Source: an uncultured Candidatus Saccharibacteria bacterium (GTDB lineage Bacteria > Patescibacteriota > Dojkabacteria > J137). From it: 64,000 nt of DNA. The translations under genes were made by a program, and so were the position numbers. Position 1 is the first letter of the stretch, and each line of letters begins with the position of its first letter. Location of the stretch: contig CAZSKK010000003.1 of assembly GCA_964607415.1 (NCBI GenBank), forward strand, positions 3,693 to 67,692. Direction: 5' to 3'. Below the pieces are notes generated by a model. It searched no databases and was not told the DNA's origin. It was given only the letters and a program-made list of their open reading frames with translations. Of the stretch, positions 58,764-64,000 are shown in pieces.

Positions 58764-60284
58764 CTAATTGGTAAGGTTACTTACGAGCTCTTTCGCTATT
58801 TGTGTCAACCTATACGAGCTAAAGAAAACCACAAGTACTTTTGTGTCTTGATTCTTGATTCTTGATTCTAATTGGCTAACTAATTGCTCACTCTCAACAT
58901 ATGTTGCTTTAACGTTCAAGTCACTCAGCCTTTTTATCATCTCTTCTGAATCAATAAATTCATCCTTAAAGCTTGAAAGATCCGGAATAATAATTTCGTC
59001 CGCATTTGTGAATGCGTCTTTGTAAATTTTATTAAAAATCTCCAGATCCTTTGGCCTACTTCCAGAATTTGGCTCAAATACGCCAATAATTTTGTAATCT
59101 TGATAGTATTCTTTTAAGGTTTTTAACGAATTCTTGGCTCGAGTTGGAGCAACGCCGAAATCGTCAACCACTGTTACATTTTCATTTTCAAAAAGTATCT
59201 CTAGTCGTTTTTTGGCACCTTTAAACTCTTTAACGCAAATTTCAAAGAAGTTACTAAACATATGTGACCGTAAAAGTTCTTTAATTTCGGGGATATTAGA
59301 AACAAGAGTGCCAACAGCCAAAATATTTTCAAAATTATATTCTCCAATTAAATTTGTTGTACCAGAAAAGACTTCATTGCCTTTGTTATCAGAAATTCGA
59401 TAGTCATGTCCACCAAGAAGCTTATGTTCGTCAATTTCATAGCTAATTGTCCAGATTCCCTCTCGTAATTCGCCTTTTGCAATTGAATATCTGATTACCT
59501 TACACTTTGCATTAATTAGTGCTTTATCAATATTTTCATCATCCGCTTTAGCTACAATCAAGCCATCTTCAGGTACAAGTTCAACTAATTTTTGAAATTC
59601 GTTAATATAGCTTTCTTGTGTTGGGAAAATATCTTGATGCTCCCAGCCAATATTAGTAATTACTAAATATTTTGGCTTATACTCCATAAATTTTGCGTGA
59701 CCTTCAATTTCAGGACTATGGTATTCATCACCTTCAATTACGGACCATTTGGAATCGTTTATTCGGACAGAATCTTCAAAGTTGGCAACTTCAGCTCCAA
59801 TCATGTATGAAGGATTTAGCCCTAATTTTTCTAAAACATATGTTGCAAGTGCTGTAGTTGTAGTTTTTCCTGCTGTTCCCACAACAACAATCGAATTTTC
59901 TTTAATTAAATACTCTGAAAGAACTTTTGCGTAAGGTCTAATGTCTATATTGTGTAATTTAGCGTATCTATATTCTTTATTTTTAGGAGTCAAAAAGCTC
60001 ATCACGAGTCCAAGATCTGGTTGTTCTCCGATTGAAAGCTCGTGGCTCGAAGCTCGCAGCTTTTTCTCCCAGAACTCTGATGTTAAATGACGATAGTCAT
60101 AACCTTCAACAGTATGAACTTTGGAATTTTTAAGTAATTCACTTGCTGGTGGTAAATATTGCATATCCGACCCTGTTACAAACCAGCCCATATCGGAAAA
60201 TGCTTTCGCAATATTTGCAGTTGTTTTACCACATACCCCAATAGCATGAAACCACTTTTGTTTTGGTTGAGTGTTTGTTTGCAT
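58764..60284 (-). CDS. Mur ligase (MurC/Mpl type)
   Basis: HAIGVCG, VTGSD, VVGTAGKTTTT, IEGDEY, NIGWEHQD, GAKKRLE, VVDDF, VFEP. Confidence 0.85.
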   Translation of the reverse strand: MQTNTQPKQKWFHAIGVCGKTTANIAKAFSDMGWFVTGSDMQYLPPASELLKNSKVHTVEGYDYRHLTSEFWEKKLRASSHELSIGEQPDLGLVMSFLTPKNKEYRYAKLHNIDIRPYAKVLSEYLIKENSIVVVGTAGKTTTTALATYVLEKLGLNPSYMIGAEVANFEDSVRINDSKWSVIEGDEYHSPEIEGHAKFMEYKPKYLVITNIGWEHQDIFPTQESYINEFQKLVELVPEDGLIVAKADDENIDKALINAKCKVIRYSIAKGELREGIWTISYEIDEHKLLGGHDYRISDNKGNEVFSGTTNLIGEYNFENILAVGTLVSNIPEIKELLRSHMFSNFFEICVKEFKGAKKRLEILFENENVTVVDDFGVAPTRAKNSLKTLKEYYQDYKIIGVFEPNSGSRPKDLEIFNKIYKDAFTNADEIIIPDLSSFKDEFIDSEEMIKRLSDLNVKATYVESEQLVSQLESRIKNQDTKVLVVFFSSYRLTQIAKELVSNLTN

Positions 60285-60316
60285 ATACTGTGATTATAAC
60301 AAAAACATGCTATCAC

Positions 60317-60377
60317 AACCCCTCCTTTAATTCCTCCCCTTTAATCAAAGGGGAGGTGGCGTTAGCCGGAGGGGTTA
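60317..60377. repeat. palindromic repeat (uninterrupted form of the 58631 host repeat)
   Basis: aacccctcctttaattcctcccctttaatcaaaggggaggtggcgttagccggaggggtta. Confidence 0.75.
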
Positions 60378-60516
60378 TTAGGAGTTCGAAGAAAATTTGT
60401 TAACTAGAAACTGATAAAATTGTGCCTAAAAATTTTCATCAATATTATCCCATAGCATAAATATGTACCTCTGGAATCTTCTACTCACGGTCTAGCTCAA
60501 ACTTGCACATTTTCGC

Positions 60517-60573
60517 TTGACACCACAACCGATTGTGTGTAGATTGATAAAATACCACAATTTGTAGTATATT
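60517..60573 (+). promoter_or_regulatory. tandem NrdR boxes overlapping two promoter-like motifs
   Basis: CCACAACCGATTGTGT (60523-60538) and CCACAATTTGTAGTAT (60555-60570), 32 bp apart; TTGACA-17-TAGATT and TTGATA-17-TATATT. Confidence 0.75.
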
Positions 60574-60603
60574 ATTAAAAGAAAACATGTTTAAATTAAG
60601 CCA

Positions 60604-61059
60604 ATGATTTGCCCTTATTGCAAAAGTGAAAAAATCAAAGTTGTTGATAAAAGAGACAACAACGAAACAAATACTATAAGACGAAGACGTGAATGTGAAG
60701 AATGTCATAAAAGATTCACAACTTATGAAAGAATTGAAAAAGTTTTATTAAATGTTTTAAAGCGAGATGGTAGAGTAGAGGAATTTGATAGAGAAAAGCT
60801 AAAGCGAGGAATAATGAAAGCAGTAAAAAAGCGAGCTATTCCTGAAGACACAATTGATGATCTAATTGATGATATTGAAAATACATTAATGGTTAGAGAA
60901 GAGCAAATTATAAGATCAGTTGACATAGGGCAAATGGTGCTAAAAAAGCTTAGCAAGATTGATAAATTAGGGGCACTTCTTTTTGCGGCTGTCTATAAAG
61001 AATTTGAAAGTTTGGAAGATGTTGAAAAAGAATTGAAGAAGTTGAATGGAACTAAATAG
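60604..61059 (+). CDS. nrdR: transcriptional repressor NrdR
   Basis: CPYC, IRRRRECEECHKRFTTYE, ATP cone. Confidence 0.96.
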   Translation: MICPYCKSEKIKVVDKRDNNETNTIRRRRECEECHKRFTTYERIEKVLLNVLKRDGRVEEFDREKLKRGIMKAVKKRAIPEDTIDDLIDDIENTLMVREEQIIRSVDIGQMVLKKLSKIDKLGALLFAAVYKEFESLEDVEKELKKLNGTK

Positions 61060-61181
61060 ATTTTTAGATATATGAAACGATAATTGGTGCTACTTTTGTT
61101 GCACTTTTATTAATCCTTGTACCTCAAGGATTAACTTCAAGATAACACTTGAAGGCTACTTTTACTTATTATGTTAAATCA

Positions 61182-64000
61182 ATGAAGACAGGTAAGAAAG
61201 ACCGTGTTGTTAGTGACGAAGCTCTTCTTCAGAGAATCAACAACAATATCGGAAAGAAAGGTTTAAAAATTCCAAGAGTATTCACAAAAAAAGGATTAGA
61301 TAGATACGATGGAATTGATTTTGATTACAGAACTTCAAAAATAATAAATCCAGATGGATCGGTGGTATTTGAAATGAATAATGTTGAGGTTCCCAAATAC
61401 TGGAGCCAAATGGCGACCGATATTTTGGCTCAAAAATACTTTAGGAAAAAAGGAGTTCCTCAAAAAAATTCCAAAGGAGAAATCAGAAAAGATAAGAATG
61501 GGAAAGTGATTCTAGGAGGTGAAACTTCAATCAAACAAGTAGCAGATAGACTTGCTGGAGCATGGAGAACATGGGGAGAAAAATACGGATATTTTGATTC
61601 TAAAGAAGATGCCAATGCATTTGAAGACGAAATTGCTTATTCGATTGTTACCCAAATGGCCGCTCCAAATAGCCCTCAATGGTTTAATACAGGATTAAAT
61701 TATGCTTATGGCTTAACTGGAATCCCACAAGGGCACTATTATGCAGATCCTGCTACAGGAGAACCTAAACTTTCTGAGGATGCCTATACCAGATCTCAAC
61801 TTCATGCATGCTATATACAATCTGTTAATGATGATCTTGTAAACGAAGGAGGAATTTTTGACCTTGTAACCAAAGAAGCTAGACTATTTAAATACGGTTC
61901 TGGAACTGGAACAAATTTTTCAAACTTGAGGGCTGTTAACGAACCCCTTTCGGGTGGAGGAAAATCATCTGGTTTAATGAGCTTTCTTAAAGTCTTTGAT
62001 GCTGCAGCAGGCGCAATTAAATCTGGTGGAACAACCAGAAGAGCTGCAAAAATGGTTTGTTTAAATATAGACCACCCAGAAATTGAAACATTTGTTCAAT
62101 GGAAAGTTAAAGAGGAACAAAAAGTTGCAGCTTTAGTTACTGGATCGTTCATGAACTATGCTCATCTAAAAAAGATTATGCAATCTGCTGAGGAAAAAGG
62201 AATTGATCCTAAGCAAAATCCTGAGCTAAAAAAATTAATAAAAAAAGCTAACGAAGATTTTGTTCCTCTAAACTACATAAAAAGAGTTCTGATGTTGGTT
62301 GAAAACGGTGTTAGCGCAGATGAATTCTCTTTAGAAAGATATGATACAGACTTTAGATCAGAAGCTTATTCAACAGTTGGAGGTCAAAACTCTAATAACT
62401 CAATCAGAATCACAAATGATTTTATTGAAGCTGTTAACGAAGATAAAGATTGGAATCTTATAAATAGAACTGATGGATCTGTTGCAAGAACAATAAAAGC
62501 TAAAGATCTTTGGGGAAAAATTGTTGACGCTGCTTGGAATTCAGCTGATCCAGGAGTTCAATTTGATACAACAATAAACGAATGGCACACATGTCCTAAA
62601 GACGGAAGAATTAACGCAAGTAACCCTTGTTCTGAATACATGTTTTTAGATAACACAGCTTGTAACCTTGCATCGCTAAACTTAATAAAGTTTTATGATT
62701 ACGATACTCAAAAATTTGACGTAGAAAGTTACAAACATGCAGTTAGAATTTGGACAATGGTTTTAGAAATTTCAGTTTTAATGTCACACCTTCCAAGTAG
62801 GGAACTTGCGGAACTTACATATAAATACAGAACTTTAGGACTTGGATATGCCAATATTGGTTCTCTTTTGATGGTACAAGGAATTCCTTATGAAAGTGAG
62901 GAAGGCTATGCAATTACAGGTGCCCTTAGTGCAATTCTAGGTGGAGAATCATATGCCACATCTGCAGAAATGGCAAAAGTAGTTGGAACCTTTGAAAGAT
63001 ATGAACCAAACAAAAAAGACATGTTAAGAGTAATGAGAAACCATAGAAGAGCAGCATACAATGCAGCAGAATACGAATACGAAGGATTAACTATTAAACC
63101 AATGGGAATTGATGAAACTTTAATTGAAGACAAATCTTTGATTGAAGGTGCTAAAGCTAGCTGGGATTATGCATTATTTTTGGGTGAACAGTTTGGATAC
63201 AGAAATGCGCAAGCTACAGTAATTGCGCCAACAGGAACAATTGCTCTTGTAATGGACTGCGATACAACTGGAATTGAACCTGACTTTGCCTTGGTCAAAT
63301 TTAAGAAACTTGTAGGTGGTGGATATTTCAAGATTGTTAACCAATCGGTTAGACCTGCACTTAAAAAACTTGGCTATTCTGAACAGCAAATTAAAGACAT
63401 TGAACAGTATATTGTAGGTCACGCAACACTTGGAGGAGCTCCATTTATAAACCCGCTAACTTTAAAAGAAAAAGGTTTTACTGAAAAAGAATTAATGGTT
63501 GTAGAAGGTTCTCTGGCTGGTGCATTCGATCTAAAAAGTTCATTCAGCAAATGGGTTTTGGGTGAACAATTTTGTAAAGAAGTTTTGGGGTTAAGCGATG
63601 AAGATTTAAATTCAGGAAATATTTTAGAAAAACTTGGATTTACCAAAGAACAAATTGAAAAAGCTGAAGAATATGTTTCAGGAACAATGACAATTGAAGG
63701 TGCACCACACCTAAAACCTGAACACCTACCTATCTTTGACTGTGCAAACAAATGTGGCGCAAAAGGTCAGAGATATATATCTACAATGGGTCACCTTTTA
63801 CAAATGGCTGCAGCTCAACCGTTTATAAGTGGTGCAATAAGTAAAACTGTAAATCTTCCAGAAGAAGCTACTCTTAAAGACGTTGATGAAGCATATATTG
63901 AAGGATGGAAATTAATGTTAAAAGCGAATGCTTTATATAGAGATGGCTCTAAGCTTAGCCAGCCACTAAATTCATCGGCTGGAAATAGTGCTTACGCAGA
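61182..64000 (+). CDS. nrdJ: vitamin B12-dependent (class II) ribonucleotide reductase, 3' partial
   Basis: Translated by hand from ATG 61182: [61 protein letters not shown]; runs off the window end. Confidence 0.93.
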   Translation, partial: MKTGKKDRVVSDEALLQRINNNIGKKGLKIPRVFTKKGLDRYDGIDFDYRTSKIINPDGSVVFEMNNVEVPKYWSQMATDILAQKYFRKKGVPQKNSKGEIRKDKNGKVILGGETSIKQVADRLAGAWRTWGEKYGYFDSKEDANAFEDEIAYSIVTQMAAPNSPQWFNTGLNYAYGLTGIPQGHYYADPATGEPKLSEDAYTRSQLHACYIQSVNDDLVNEGGIFDLVTKEARLFKYGSGTGTNFSNLRAVNEPLSGGGKSSGLMSFLKVFDAAAGAIKSGGTTRRAAKMVCLNIDHPEIETFVQWKVKEEQKVAALVTGSFMNYAHLKKIMQSAEEKGIDPKQNPELKKLIKKANEDFVPLNYIKRVLMLVENGVSADEFSLERYDTDFRSEAYSTVGGQNSNNSIRITNDFIEAVNEDKDWNLINRTDGSVARTIKAKDLWGKIVDAAWNSADPGVQFDTTINEWHTCPKDGRINASNPCSEYMFLDNTACNLASLNLIKFYDYDTQKFDVESYKHAVRIWTMVLEISVLMSHLPSRELAELTYKYRTLGLGYANIGSLLMVQGIPYESEEGYAITGALSAILGGESYATSAEMAKVVGTFERYEPNKKDMLRVMRNHRRAAYNAAEYEYEGLTIKPMGIDETLIEDKSLIEGAKASWDYALFLGEQFGYRNAQATVIAPTGTIALVMDCDTTGIEPDFALVKFKKLVGGGYFKIVNQSVRPALKKLGYSEQQIKDIEQYIVGHATLGGAPFINPLTLKEKGFTEKELMVVEGSLAGAFDLKSSFSKWVLGEQFCKEVLGLSDEDLNSGNILEKLGFTKEQIEKAEEYVSGTMTIEGAPHLKPEHLPIFDCANKCGAKGQRYISTMGHLLQMAAAQPFISGAISKTVNLPEEATLKDVDEAYIEGWKLMLKANALYRDGSKLSQPLNSSAGNSAYA

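Noticed and set aside
1-64000. Alternative genetic code (UGA recoded)
   Set aside because: Conserved genes are full-length under code 11 and TGA ends genes such as ung and XRE paralog 1
61182-64000. Antisense ORFs 62906-63751 and a possible intein/intron in nrdJ
   Set aside because: The short ORFs are shadows of nrdJ; the NrdJ motifs follow in the expected order with no obvious large insertion in the visible part

Overview
AT-rich bacterial chromosome segment using the standard genetic code. Few Shine-Dalgarno motifs, many orphan genes and giant secreted proteins suggest a CPR/Patescibacteria genome; this taxonomy is inferred, not verified. Housekeeping genes: gltX, a ClpC/ClpB-type ATPase, rmuC, lepA, prfB, pcm, a C-terminal-only uvrB, mnmA, ssb, a TrmH-family methylase, tRNA-Cys, gpmI, tgt, msrA, ung, a Mur ligase, nrdR and a partial class II nrdJ. 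Four things stand out. (1) A candidate small-molecule signalling island at 1.1-16.7 kb: three XRE/MmyB-like regulators, a GNAT-fold (thermostable-hemolysin/FeeM-like) protein and a multi-TM histidine kinase, followed by secreted-protein genes that share a 16-bp palindrome, TTGTATTGCAATACAA. (2) An intact tRNA-Cys closed by a perfect 22-bp inverted repeat, nested in the anticodon loop of a second, broken tRNA-Cys. (3) Several families of small palindromic and heptamer repeats, including an ~80-bp MITE-like element, found inside each other, inside tRNA remnants and in frame in conserved genes. (4) Two ~2000-aa multi-domain cell-envelope hydrolases. Protein family calls come from motif recognition by eye, not database searches.
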